Below are positions 46,184 through 56,081 of a DNA stretch of 64,000 nucleotides, piece after piece. The DNA comes from a virus. The stretch spans positions 19,750 through 83,749 of IMG/VR virus record IMGVR_UViG_3300036668_000172. One strand, 5' to 3'. The notes beneath the pieces were generated by a model. That model searched no databases. It saw only the letters and a program-made list of their open reading frames with translations, and had not been told where the DNA came from. Position 1 is the stretch's first letter, and every line of letters starts with the position of its first letter. The translations under genes and the position numbers were made by a program.

Positions 46184-47215
46184 CTAGATAATTGGGTCAT
46201 TTACTGCTAGTACCATACCACGAAGTTCTTCTATTAAGTCAACTTCTTCTCGAAGTGACGCAACGAAGGCCTCTTGTCCCTGCCACTTGCGCTCACCATA
46301 GTAAATCCATCCGCCACGGCGCTCGACAATATCTTTAACCATCACCATAGCAGCTACTTCTCTTGCAACATCGAAGTCACCTGCAAAGTTCATCCCTGTG
46401 TCTTGGAAGTAAAAGTCAACGTAAGCAACTCTCTGCGGTGGAGCAGTCTTGTTTTTTAGAATACGAATCTTAATACGCTGTCCTACACGGACTTTATTAG
46501 TACCTGTTCCTTCTTCAATCCATTCGTCACGACGGACTTCTGCACGAGTAAAGTACGCGTAGTCTTTGCCTTGACCTCCAGGAGTAGTGCGGGGGTCTCC
46601 ATGCATTACTCCAATCTTCATGCGGTACTGATTGATGATAATACCTAGAATAGGGCGCTCAGCCTCTATGAGGGAACGCTTCATAGCTGCGCCAGCTTTA
46701 CGGAAGAACTTGTTGGTGATGAGAGCGCCACGTCCAACAGTCATCTCGTCCATGCTCTTCTCATCCTCTGGTCCTGGAACCAATGCGGGCAGAGAGTCGA
46801 TGACAATACAGTCTATGGTCTTAGAAATTGCGAAGGCCAATACAGCGTCATACGCTTCTTCCATAATGTTTGTCTCAATGACAATCACTCGGCTAGTATC
46901 TACTCCACACATCTCAGCATAAGCTGGAACCCATTGCTCAGCTGCTACCCACACTGCAATAAACTCTGGGTTAGCCTTTTGATTAGCAGCAACAGTCTTT
47001 AGGGCAATAGCGGTCTTACCATGCGAAGGCTCTCCGACTAATTCATGCCATTGGTTAGCGGGGTAGCCTCCACCTAGTACATAGTCCAAAGTGGTAGAGC
47101 CTGTAGTAAATCTTTCCAAGAGGTCTGCACGGATGTCCTTGCCAATTACGACACTGCCATCTCCCAACTTCTTGTTAATCTGCGCCATAATCTTTAGCGC
47201 TTCTGCGTTAATCAA
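46184..47215 (-). CDS. recA: RecA-like recombinase
   Basis: TGS..LD..LGGG.P, GEPSHGKT, VIDSL, INQ.R.KIG...GDP.TTPGG, KNKTAPP. Confidence 0.92.
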   Translation of the reverse strand: MINAEALKIMAQINKKLGDGSVVIGKDIRADLLERFTTGSTTLDYVLGGGYPANQWHELVGEPSHGKTAIALKTVAANQKANPEFIAVWVAAEQWVPAYAEMCGVDTSRVIVIETNIMEEAYDAVLAFAISKTIDCIVIDSLPALVPGPEDEKSMDEMTVGRGALITNKFFRKAGAAMKRSLIEAERPILGIIINQYRMKIGVMHGDPRTTPGGQGKDYAYFTRAEVRRDEWIEEGTGTNKVRVGQRIKIRILKNKTAPPQRVAYVDFYFQDTGMNFAGDFDVAREVAAMVMVKDIVERRGGWIYYGERKWQGQEAFVASLREEVDLIEELRGMVLAVNDPII

Positions 47216-47381
47216 GTTTTCCTCCTCTGATTAAATCTAGTACACGGATTTTTACGTTATCTGGTATCAGTAAGTCTAGCTCAAACCAAGCCATAATACG
47301 ATTGCGCTCTGCTTCTTTGCCAAGCTCATACCCATCATCAAAATGATTTCGTAAGTCTTCTAAGTGACCATCAGATATCAT
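47208..47381 (-). CDS. 57-aa protein (E..RI family; not in ORF track)
   Basis: DGYELGKEAERNRI. Confidence 0.55.
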   Translation of the reverse strand: MISDGHLEDLRNHFDDGYELGKEAERNRIMAWFELDLLIPDNVKIRVLDLIRGGKLD

Positions 47382-47614
47382 TTTTCATCCTTGGCCATCA
47401 ATTGCAATTTGGCAATCTCATCTTTAATGTAAAAGATTGATTTCTCTAGGTCTTGTATGGTTTTAGTGGGGTCTTTGAGCCCAGCCCTCCACAAGTACTT
47501 CATGGCATTACCAATGTTGTAGTTTCGGTGTCTTAGAACCGTAATGGCCTCTACACCGCTTGGGTCTGAGGTGTAGTGCTTTGGGTAGTTTACTAAGTCT
47601 TCTACAGGCTTCAT
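47378..47614 (-). CDS. DUF3310-family protein
   Basis: VN.PKHYT...EAI...GNA.KY.WRAG.K...DL.K. Confidence 0.85.
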   Translation of the reverse strand: MKPVEDLVNYPKHYTSDPSGVEAITVLRHRNYNIGNAMKYLWRAGLKDPTKTIQDLEKSIFYIKDEIAKLQLMAKDEK

Positions 47615-47799
47615 GAAACGGGGGCCGTTACGTGGCCTTTAATAACCAGTACGGCAGCATACTGCCCGTTCTTTTTCAGAAGTGAGATGATTCTGCTCTG
47701 CTCTTCTTCTCTGCCTGCAATAACTCCGCGCTGGGCAGCAGCAACGTAGTGCTCCGCAGCAACGGTTAGTGTAAGTGTGGCCTCAGGTAGCTTATCCAT
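47611..47799 (-). CDS. Hypothetical protein (E..RI family)
   Basis: GVIAGREEEQSRIISLL. Confidence 0.6.
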   Translation of the reverse strand: MDKLPEATLTLTVAAEHYVAAAQRGVIAGREEEQSRIISLLKKNGQYAAVLVIKGHVTAPVS

Positions 47800-48176
47800 T
47801 AGTTAACCCTTCCTATGATTCCTTGTGGATTGTAGTTATTTCGGGTGTCATTGCCTCGGGATGCTTTGGTGTCTCCCACAACGCTGGCTCCTGTTAGGGA
47901 ACCATACTTACTGCCCGACTGCTCCATTGGGTACCCGCACTCGTAGCAACGAGGCTTAGAGCCACCAAAACCATAGTAATTGTCAGAACTACAATCAGGG
48001 CATAAGGTGGTCTCTAAGGCACTCTTAGCTTTTGCTTGAGGAGTTGCGGGAGGAGCGGGAGTGAAGGTCGTCATAGGCTGCTGAGAGGGTGCTTGAGGCA
48101 TGTTCTGCGTCCTTGCAGCAGGAGTAACTGGCTGTTGGTCTTGGAGCTTCTTTGCCCACCAGTCCGCGTTGCTCAT
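47799..48176 (-). CDS. Zn-ribbon protein
   Basis: CPDCSS.NY...RCYECGYP. Confidence 0.7.
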   Translation of the reverse strand: MSNADWWAKKLQDQQPVTPAARTQNMPQAPSQQPMTTFTPAPPATPQAKAKSALETTLCPDCSSDNYYGFGGSKPRCYECGYPMEQSGSKYGSLTGASVVGDTKASRGNDTRNNYNPQGIIGRVN

Positions 48177-48583
48177 CGATACCTCTTGGGTATCTGTAGA
48201 AGCCCCATGTCTACTAGCTGAGCTAGTGTGCCTAAGATAGCTGCCTGTGAAACTTGCTCCATAAGTTTGCGGCTTTCCCACCACATTTCGTCAGGTACTT
48301 TAGGGAATTCTGTAGGTAAGTTAGTACGCTGGTACTCAATTGCTCCTTGGGATAAGGACTGAGAATAAGCGTAAATTAAAGGCATGAGATGAGAAATTTC
48401 ATCTAAGCGCTTTTCACTTTCTTCTTCTTCCTTATCCGCCACTTCTTCGCTGATAGACCCACACCCAAGAATCTGGCTAATCTCATGGGCGTCATTAATT
48501 TGTGAGTCTAAAAGGAAGCCTCTTAGACGAGCCGTTAGCTCTGCAATAGAAGGCTCTATTCTATTCTTTCTAAACAATCTCAT
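48173..48583 (-). CDS. Hypothetical protein
   Basis: Coupled to the polymerase gene. Confidence 0.65.
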   Translation of the reverse strand: MRLFRKNRIEPSIAELTARLRGFLLDSQINDAHEISQILGCGSISEEVADKEEEESEKRLDEISHLMPLIYAYSQSLSQGAIEYQRTNLPTEFPKVPDEMWWESRKLMEQVSQAAILGTLAQLVDMGLLQIPKRYR

Positions 48584-50583
48584 TTTGCCTCTCCCCACTT
48601 GTCCACTATATGTGCGTCTGCAATAAGTGGCACTGTGATTTGTTTTAGTCTAATGCCTTCCATGGACAATTTAATAGCAGCAAGCGTTTCTTCTGCACGG
48701 TCTTCTGGAGTAATAGTAACTAATTCGTCATGAACAGTAAGAACTACGTTGATGTTCGGCTCATCTACAAAGCAGGAGTGGGCTCGTACAATAGCTAGCT
48801 TCATGATGTCTGCAGCTGAACCCTGAATAACAGTGTTAAAGGCTTGGCGTTCTGCACGTCCAAGTAACCCAAACTCACGGCTCTTTAAGTCAGGAATGTA
48901 CCTACGACGCCCAAACAAAGTCTCTACGTAAGGGATTGGAGTGGTCTGCTTTGCCATGCGAAGAACCTCAGCTTTATACTTTGAAATAGAGGAGAATCTC
49001 TTCTCGAAGTCTGTCAACAACTTTTTAGCTTCGGGCACAGTACAGCCAACTGAGTCTGCAATTTTGTCGGGACCTACTCCGTATGAGATAGCTAAAACAA
49101 GTACTTTCCCTGCTTTGCGGTCTACCCCCATAGTGTCACCGATGGTCGTGTAGATGTCACCGCCTTCTAGGTAGTTCTTCATAAGGATAGAGTCCTTTGA
49201 AAGGGACGCAATAACTCTAGGCTCAATCTGTGAGTAGTCAGCGACTACAAGCTTGTGACCTGGAGGGGCAATAAAGAGATTACGGATTAGTTTCCCATAC
49301 TCACCAGAGCTAGGGATATTCTGCAAGTTGGGCTCTGATGACGAGAACCTGCCCGTCTCGGCTCCGTGCGCTTTAAAGTTAGTATGGACACGACCATTGA
49401 TAAGAAGAGACTTCTTGGTAATAGTCTTCTTCTTACCGTTGGTCTCACGCTCTACTTCTCCGCCTTTATACGGTGTTACGTAAGTAGTCATAAGCTTATT
49501 AAGGTCTTGGTACTCTAATAGAGCGTCTACTAAAGCATCCTTACCTCTGAACACCTCTAACGCATCCGCGCTCACTGAGTACATGTTTGGTGAAGGGTCT
49601 TTCCCTGCGCGAACTGCTTCTTTGCCTTTAGGGGTAAGTGCGTTCTTAAACTTTTTGTTGGGGCGGAGTCTAATTTTGCCAGTAGCGTCGTTCTCCTCAA
49701 AGAGGAGCTTCTGCTTTACGGGAATAGAGTTAATTGCAAAGACTTCGCCAGCTTCTTTGAAGGCCTTAGCCTTAGCAACTTCAAGGTCTGTGCCAATTTG
49801 CTCTGCTAAATTATCTAGTTGTTCTTGGTCAATGTAAGCGCCAGCCAGCTCCATGTCACATAGTGCACCTAGAACATCCATCTCTAGCATCCATACGTGA
49901 CGTAGTGAGCCTTGAATCTTAGGCTCTAGTGCTTTATAAAGCTTCCAAGTAACCTCTGCGTCTAGGGCAGAATACTTAGCAACTTCATCAAAAGAATGTT
50001 GAGAGACGTCAGTACCGACGCCTTTCTCAATGTCAATACCAAGTTCCCGTTTAACGCAAGACTGTAGGCCTAGGTCAAACTTGTTTTGATTATTGATAAT
50101 AAAGGCAGCCATGAGAGTGTCAAAGTATGGCTTGGGGGCCACGACTCCACGGTAATACTTGGCGATTGACTTGAGGTCGAACTTTACGTTATGACCAATC
50201 TTTAACTTATCGCTAAACATAAGTGGCTTAATTGCGGCAAAGACTTGTGCGGGGAGCAACTGCTTGGGCGGTTCCTCAAACTGCGGTACCCAGCGCTCTT
50301 TATTCTTAGAGAAGTGTGAGTCGGTAAGGCTCTTGCCCTTATCGATTTGAGTTTGCCCAGCTTTTAGTAAAGGCTTGGTATGGAACAAGAACTTACCGTT
50401 TGGGTGACCCATTGGTATTACATCTGTACGACCCTCAGTCGCAAATGAAATCCAACATACGTCGTTGATAACAGGGAGAATACGGTGCTCTCCGATTGTT
50501 TCTACGTCAAACGCAAAAGCGTCAACGGCCATGTAATGGTCTAGGAACTCTTTTAGCTGTTCCTCATTTGTAATAACGTTCAT
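48580..50583 (-). CDS. polA: DNA polymerase family A with 3'-5' exonuclease
   Basis: FDVET, HNVKFD, TGRFSSSEPNLQNIP, ADYSQIEPR, YG, IQGSAADI, VHDE. Confidence 0.95.
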   Translation of the reverse strand: MNVITNEEQLKEFLDHYMAVDAFAFDVETIGEHRILPVINDVCWISFATEGRTDVIPMGHPNGKFLFHTKPLLKAGQTQIDKGKSLTDSHFSKNKERWVPQFEEPPKQLLPAQVFAAIKPLMFSDKLKIGHNVKFDLKSIAKYYRGVVAPKPYFDTLMAAFIINNQNKFDLGLQSCVKRELGIDIEKGVGTDVSQHSFDEVAKYSALDAEVTWKLYKALEPKIQGSLRHVWMLEMDVLGALCDMELAGAYIDQEQLDNLAEQIGTDLEVAKAKAFKEAGEVFAINSIPVKQKLLFEENDATGKIRLRPNKKFKNALTPKGKEAVRAGKDPSPNMYSVSADALEVFRGKDALVDALLEYQDLNKLMTTYVTPYKGGEVERETNGKKKTITKKSLLINGRVHTNFKAHGAETGRFSSSEPNLQNIPSSGEYGKLIRNLFIAPPGHKLVVADYSQIEPRVIASLSKDSILMKNYLEGGDIYTTIGDTMGVDRKAGKVLVLAISYGVGPDKIADSVGCTVPEAKKLLTDFEKRFSSISKYKAEVLRMAKQTTPIPYVETLFGRRRYIPDLKSREFGLLGRAERQAFNTVIQGSAADIMKLAIVRAHSCFVDEPNINVVLTVHDELVTITPEDRAEETLAAIKLSMEGIRLKQITVPLIADAHIVDKWGEAK

Positions 50584-50607
50584 AAGTGCCCCTTAAGAAT
50601 GATGTTT

Positions 50608-50653
50608 GGGGAGGCCACAAGGATGGATAAGGAGGGAGTGTTGTGGCCTCCCC
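50608..50653 (-). terminator. 13-bp perfect hairpin with 20-nt anti-SD-like loop
   Basis: GGGGAGGCCACAA/TTGTGGCCTCCCC; loop CACTCCCTCCTTATCCATCC. Confidence 0.6.
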
Positions 50654-50671
50654 TGTTAGCGATGAGCTGGG

Positions 50672-51328
50672 TTACGAAGTAACCATCTGACGAGCGACTG
50701 CAAGCATCTCTTCATGGGGGCTCACGAAGATGGTGTCCACGTCATAGCGGACAGCGTTGATGGCTAGTGTGTCTAGGTCGTCAGCATCCAGCTCCCACTC
50801 TTCTGAGAGCTCTGATGAACGCACACGGTCAATAGCATACTGTGTGTCGCGACCAGTGCCCTTACGAGAGATTGCCCAGTAGTACTTGCTCAAAGGCCCA
50901 CGGCGTGGGTCTTCGTGTGCAGCTTGAAGCTGACGTGCAAGGGTTACTGCGGCAGTAAGAACTTGGACATTTACTTCCTCGTCGCTAACGACAAGGACGT
51001 TAAAGGCAACCTTTGAGCGAGGAGTGTCTCCTGCAATGTTGCAAAGGGGACAGGTGTCTCCTGTGCAAACAAAGGAACGACGTCCTTCGCTACGGTCTAC
51101 CCAGTGCTGCTTATAAACAGCGAATGGCTCTTCTTCCAAGAAACGGACGAGGCGAGCATCTTCTGAGAAGCGAAAGTCAGTGGGGTACTTGCTTTCACCT
51201 TTTGACTTTGAGGAAGCAGTAACTGCTCCCCATCCAGCCTGAACGGTTGTTCCGTGCTTTGGTACAGCCTCTACAACGTCATCAACGAAGTAGCTTTGTG
51301 CGTCAATCTCGGGCTCAATAATGGCCAT
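50672..51328 (-). CDS. Single-stranded DNA-binding protein (gp32-like, Zn)
   Basis: VRFL...QHW...FVC...CPLC...SRKGTG.DT.Y. Confidence 0.7.
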   Translation of the reverse strand: MAIIEPEIDAQSYFVDDVVEAVPKHGTTVQAGWGAVTASSKSKGESKYPTDFRFSEDARLVRFLEEEPFAVYKQHWVDRSEGRRSFVCTGDTCPLCNIAGDTPRSKVAFNVLVVSDEEVNVQVLTAAVTLARQLQAAHEDPRRGPLSKYYWAISRKGTGRDTQYAIDRVRSSELSEEWELDADDLDTLAINAVRYDVDTIFVSPHEEMLAVARQMVTS

Positions 51329-51343
51329 GTTAGTTTTCTTTCT

Positions 51344-51841
51344 TTAGTCGGAGTCGTTACTCTTTGATTTGGTTACAGCATCTCTCCAGCGGTAAGTGAT
51401 TACTTCTGTGAGATTCTCTAACGTGTTCCATTGTACACGTGCTGAGCCGATTAACCCGCGTTTTGCGAATTCCTCTATGACAATGTTAATAAGTTCTCGT
51501 GTGTATACACGATTGCCGTTCACTTTTTTGCCGTTCAGCATTTTAGAACGGAGACGGTAAGGAGCATTAGGAATGTATCCCTTTTGCTCCCAGTTTCGGA
51601 TAGTGACAATCTTCTTCTCTAAGGCCTGTGCTAGCGCCCCAATAGTAAAGAGTTCTGTCGCTACTCCTCCCAAGGATTTAATGGTGGGGTTTAAGTCCCA
51701 GCCATTAGATTCCCCGAAAGCTTGTGCCCTATTCTTTTGGGCGGTTGGATTGTCGGAGCGGCGGTCATGACGAGAGCCTGGAGCCTTGTCCAGTCCCTCA
51801 AAAGATTTGAGGATATCGTCCTCACCGCGCATTCCTGGCAT
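51344..51841 (-). CDS. MerR-like HTH DNA-binding protein
   Basis: FTIGALA.AL....TIRNWE..GYIP...R.YT. Confidence 0.75.
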   Translation of the reverse strand: MPGMRGEDDILKSFEGLDKAPGSRHDRRSDNPTAQKNRAQAFGESNGWDLNPTIKSLGGVATELFTIGALAQALEKKIVTIRNWEQKGYIPNAPYRLRSKMLNGKKVNGNRVYTRELINIVIEEFAKRGLIGSARVQWNTLENLTEVITYRWRDAVTKSKSNDSD

Positions 51842-51842
51842 G

Positions 51843-52286
51843 CTACTTCTTTGGTGCTCGTAGTGCCCAAACAATGACTACTGGGAACATCTCGTCAATT
51901 TCTTCTTCAGTGATGTTGCCCTCATAGTGAGCTGCCATTAAAGCGTCTTCGTCAATTACACGCACCATCTTGTAGACAGCGTCTCCTAGATTGTTAGCAA
52001 GAATAATCTCTTCTGCTTTTTCTTCATCTAGCTTTCGAGTTGAGCGACGTTGCTTCTCTAAACGAACAGCCCCATCAATTGGGGAGGAAAACTCGTACTG
52101 CATGTTTCCGTTGCCGTCCTCGTAGCCCTCATTGTCCACAAGCTGCATCAAGACATCGCGCAACTCTTTCTTGCGCTCATCTAATGCGGTAATGCTTTGA
52201 GAAAGCCTTATGTACTCACGAATTTGTGAGTCGGGATTGCTTGGGTCATAAACTTCAATTGGTTCTTCTGGAATTACGTTAGCCAT
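51843..52286 (-). CDS. Hypothetical protein
   Basis: SD AGGAGG, coiled-coil N-terminus. Confidence 0.7.
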   Translation of the reverse strand: MANVIPEEPIEVYDPSNPDSQIREYIRLSQSITALDERKKELRDVLMQLVDNEGYEDGNGNMQYEFSSPIDGAVRLEKQRRSTRKLDEEKAEEIILANNLGDAVYKMVRVIDEDALMAAHYEGNITEEEIDEMFPVVIVWALRAPKK

Positions 52287-52295
52287 TTAATCCTC

Positions 52296-53846
52296 CTAGA
52301 TTAATTTGTCTGTTAGAAAGTTTATAAGACTTCCTACTGTTAAGTCAACTCCTCCTTTGGAGTTGATGCCTTCACCGTCAAGAATTGCCCCTGCGATGTT
52401 GGACTTCTGTTTTAGCGTATCATATTGTCTCTGCTCTATTGAACTTTGAATAAGAATGTCTTGAATCGTAATACTGGGCCATGTGCTGGATGCACGATTG
52501 ATACGACCGTTGCGCTGAACTGCGAGTCCTGCTGACCATGGTTGGTCAAAATTGACGAGGAGGTTTGCTTGGGGAAGGTCAACACCGTAGCCTCCTGCGT
52601 CAGAGCTGACGAGGACTTTGACTTCTGGATTGGTTTGAAATTCAACTTTGGCACTTTCCTTCTCTTTTGCGTTTAGCTCTCCTGTATACCCTACCGCTCT
52701 GACATTTATAGAAGCTAAGGCAGAGACTATTTCGCTGACAGACTTTACGTAAGAAGCAAAGATGACTGCCTTGTAGCTTCCGTCAATGTCTAAGTGCTCT
52801 TTAATGTACTTTATAGTGACGTCTAACTTTGGCTGCTTGGTGACAGCGAACACACTTTCTCCTAGAGAGTTTATAAAAGCACTTCCCCCTTCGTGCTCAG
52901 CAAACAGAGTAGAACTGTGCTGTAATAACTTAGGGCTGGAGCACAGCATTCGTAGACATGTAATCCTGGACATTATTTGTCCCCGCAGTTCATTGGCAGG
53001 GTCTCCTGGCTCATACATTTGGCCGTAGTGCACTGCAACGTTAAAGCTAGCCCCAAAGGCCTCTCTAGCATCTGCAAGCAAGGTAAGTAGGTCTCCTGCA
53101 ATTGTGTTGTAAAGTAGCTGCCCCTTTGAATCTAGGGGCACAAGTATAGGTTGGCGGTATATAGCGTCAGGTAGATAAGGTTTTACATCTTCGTCTTTTT
53201 GACTTTTACGGACAGAAGCCTTAGATAAAGTCTCATGTAGTACTTGAAGGTTTCTATATCTGTCTACCCCTCCGAAGTGATTGCGCACTATGAAGGTCTT
53301 GTCAAATAAGTCAAAACGTCCTAGAACAGTGCTATCTACAAATTGCATAATAGAGTAAATTTCTTCTGGCCTCCCATTCTCAATAGGAGTTCCAGTTAAG
53401 GCAAATTTAATTGGTACTTTCTTGGCAAGGTCTTTGACCTTCTTAGCCCTCTTTGCCTTAAATCCCTTAATAGCAGTGGCTTCATCACAGACCATTGCGT
53501 CTATTTCAAACAACTTCAATGTATCCCAGTCGTTTATAACTTGCTCGTAATTCATTATTACGTAGTCATAACTCAGAGCGTCTACGTATTGCTTTTCGCG
53601 TTGCTTGGGGGTTCCATCTATAACTATGGCCGTAGAGTCACTAAACTTCTCAATCTCTTTCTTCCATTGGTATTTTAAGCTGGAAAGACAGAGTACTAAG
53701 GTTAGCTTTGGGTCTAGTTCTTCTATGGCTGCAATGGTCATGGGGGTTTTTCCTAAACCCATTTCGTATGCAACAAGGATTCTCTGCTGAGAAACCATCT
53801 TCTCTACAGCATCTATTTGGTAAGGCTTAAGTGTTCCTATAAACAT
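52296..53846 (-). CDS. SNF2-like helicase
   Basis: MGLGKT, DEAT, LTGTPIEN, G.DL, QR.GRI.R. Confidence 0.9.
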   Translation of the reverse strand: MFIGTLKPYQIDAVEKMVSQQRILVAYEMGLGKTPMTIAAIEELDPKLTLVLCLSSLKYQWKKEIEKFSDSTAIVIDGTPKQREKQYVDALSYDYVIMNYEQVINDWDTLKLFEIDAMVCDEATAIKGFKAKRAKKVKDLAKKVPIKFALTGTPIENGRPEEIYSIMQFVDSTVLGRFDLFDKTFIVRNHFGGVDRYRNLQVLHETLSKASVRKSQKDEDVKPYLPDAIYRQPILVPLDSKGQLLYNTIAGDLLTLLADAREAFGASFNVAVHYGQMYEPGDPANELRGQIMSRITCLRMLCSSPKLLQHSSTLFAEHEGGSAFINSLGESVFAVTKQPKLDVTIKYIKEHLDIDGSYKAVIFASYVKSVSEIVSALASINVRAVGYTGELNAKEKESAKVEFQTNPEVKVLVSSDAGGYGVDLPQANLLVNFDQPWSAGLAVQRNGRINRASSTWPSITIQDILIQSSIEQRQYDTLKQKSNIAGAILDGEGINSKGGVDLTVGSLINFLTDKLI

Positions 53847-54816
53847 AGGCTGGTTCTCCAATAAGGGCAGTCTTAGCGTTCTCGATGCCCCAAGAGATTT
53901 CTTCGTCAGTCATATCTCCTGGGTCTTTCTTAGTGCTGTCCCCGTAGTTAAAGAAGAATAGATTCATCCCGTACTTCCTGGCCCAGACTATCATCTGCTC
54001 AGAAGCTTTTTTCCCAGAAGCATCTAGGTTGGGATTATCAAACGCTGCAATAACTTTATTAGAGAACCTAAGTAGCTTAGCCTGTTCCTCTGACACTATT
54101 GCTCCAAAAGTAGCCACTGCGCCTCCGTAGCCAGCGGTGTAAATTCGCAGGCAATCAAGGGGTGACTCTACAACTATGGCTACATCTTCTAGCTGCTTAC
54201 TGACTCCGAATAAAGTTTTAGACTTCTGCACTCCTGCAGGACGATTCTTAAAGGTACGGTCTAGGGTTCCTTTTTCTTGCCACCCCATGAGTTTGTTTCC
54301 GTCAGCTGTTCGTATTGGAAGAATCCAAGTTGAAGTTCCGTGGTTCCAAACCACGCCATAGTGCTCTGCAGCTAAGTCGCTGACTCTTCTACTTTCTAAT
54401 GCGTCAAAAGGAGGATAAACATAGATAGCTAAGCGAGCTTCCGACATTGGTAAAGGTCGCGGTGGAGGCATGATGTACTGAGGTAGCTTCCCAAAAGCAT
54501 CTTTAAGCTCATCAATAGATATCTCGATTGCTGAGGCTAGCCACCCGTTTCCTGCAGAGTAGTCATACTGCTGGCGAGATTCTCCCCATAAAGTTACGTA
54601 GAACTCTTTAATGTCACAGACTAACTGGACTAAGTTTCCTTTATACCCACAGGAGAAACAGATGTGCTGCCCAGTCTCCATGTGAATAAACCAAGAAGGA
54701 TTGTTATCTGGCTCCCCTGTAACACGCTCATGCATTGGGCAGATTGCTTGGGAGTTATCCCCCTTTTCGTCATACTCAATGCCTAGTGCTTGTAGTGCCC
54801 TAGTTACTCTGCTCAT
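53827..54816 (-). CDS. DNA primase (CHC2 Zn finger plus TOPRIM)
   Basis: CPMH...PS...CFSCG; VVES..D; FDN. Confidence 0.88.
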   Translation of the reverse strand: MSRVTRALQALGIEYDEKGDNSQAICPMHERVTGEPDNNPSWFIHMETGQHICFSCGYKGNLVQLVCDIKEFYVTLWGESRQQYDYSAGNGWLASAIEISIDELKDAFGKLPQYIMPPPRPLPMSEARLAIYVYPPFDALESRRVSDLAAEHYGVVWNHGTSTWILPIRTADGNKLMGWQEKGTLDRTFKNRPAGVQKSKTLFGVSKQLEDVAIVVESPLDCLRIYTAGYGGAVATFGAIVSEEQAKLLRFSNKVIAAFDNPNLDASGKKASEQMIVWARKYGMNLFFFNYGDSTKKDPGDMTDEEISWGIENAKTALIGEPAYVYRNT

Positions 54817-56072
54817 TACATGCCCCAAGGTGTGGAGCAGAACTTACAAGTTCCGTCACGCTTCTCTGATTCGTCATGGAAGCAACCTTTATCCCATAGC
54901 CATGTAATAGAGGTTTCTGCAGGTCCTGAGTTACGAGACTGAACAACTCTTAGCATGCGTACTTCGTCGTCTTCTTCTACAGGCTCTAAGCCTAGAATAA
55001 CGTCTGAGTCTTGGAAGAAGGAAGAAGAGTAACCGATAGAGTCTGCAGAAACTTTTCCGCCTTTCATTTTCCACAGCAAGGTCTGGGTAGTGATAATGAC
55101 AGGAATGTCTAGCTTTTGTGCAACACGCTTGAGTCCGCGAGTAATGTTAGTCAGTGCTTGTGGCGTGTTTGCTTCTCCAGTGACTTGGTCTAGCATCAAG
55201 TACACACCGTCAACAAAGAGGATGTCTGGCTTTAGCTGTTCTGCCTTAGCAACTAGCGAGTCAATGGTCAGTCCGTTGATAGCGTCAACCATGTGAAAAG
55301 GTTGCATCGTCTTTAGGTCTTCAATCATCTCTAGGTAGCGGTCTTCTTCTGCCCCAGTGAGTTTTCCACGACGCAAGTTCGACGCAGACAGGTGAGCACG
55401 CATGGCGTCATGTCGGAGAGCTTGCTCTCGATTGTTCATCTCAAAGGACTGGTACATAGGAACGTAGCCTGCTTGGTGGGTGTTAATTGCTACCTTCAAG
55501 CTAATCTGTGACTTACCAGTCTTAGGTGGAGCAATCACGGTGATTAACTGCCCTCCCTGTAATCCAGCAGTAGCTTCGTCAATCTTTTCAAACCCAGTAG
55601 GGATTCCAAGTAGCTTCTTATTCTGAAGTCCCTCGTACTGAACAAACCTTGCATCAGGGTCTTTAGTGAGGTCTAGGTGAGTAGTTCCAATGACACCTTG
55701 AGCGTTAACCATGGTGATGGTCTTGCTCATTTCGGTGAGAGCAGACTCGTGGTTATTTTCGCCCATCTCCCCAAGGACTAACTCAATACCATTTCTGGTA
55801 AGTCGGTTCCTGCGGAACTGAACCATCTTGTCAATCAGGTAGTCAAGAGTGTCTTCTACCTTTACCGCTTTAAAGTTAGGGAAGTTGTCTGTAACAGCAA
55901 TGATGGTAGGCACTTCGCTGTATAGGCTGTAGTGCTCTCGAACGAAGGTCCACACACGACGAAGGTCGTCGTCTACAATCCAGTCGTCTTTAATCCCGTT
56001 TTCAATAACAGGAATGATGATGCGGTCGTCAATAACTTTGCTGACGAGTCTGTACTCGTTGTCGTATGCCAT
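54816..56072 (-). CDS. dnaB: DnaB-like replicative helicase
   Basis: GIPTGF..ID..T.G, APPKTGKS, SFEM, FVDG.YL, QDSD. Confidence 0.9.
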   Translation of the reverse strand: MAYDNEYRLVSKVIDDRIIIPVIENGIKDDWIVDDDLRRVWTFVREHYSLYSEVPTIIAVTDNFPNFKAVKVEDTLDYLIDKMVQFRRNRLTRNGIELVLGEMGENNHESALTEMSKTITMVNAQGVIGTTHLDLTKDPDARFVQYEGLQNKKLLGIPTGFEKIDEATAGLQGGQLITVIAPPKTGKSQISLKVAINTHQAGYVPMYQSFEMNNREQALRHDAMRAHLSASNLRRGKLTGAEEDRYLEMIEDLKTMQPFHMVDAINGLTIDSLVAKAEQLKPDILFVDGVYLMLDQVTGEANTPQALTNITRGLKRVAQKLDIPVIITTQTLLWKMKGGKVSADSIGYSSSFFQDSDVILGLEPVEEDDEVRMLRVVQSRNSGPAETSITWLWDKGCFHDESEKRDGTCKFCSTPWGM

Positions 56073-56081
56073 TTTGCCCTC

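Noticed and set aside
48580-50583. Intein or intron in the polymerase (also checked terminase, DnaB, RecA)
   Set aside because: Normal lengths, continuous motifs, no intein boundary or homing endonuclease motifs
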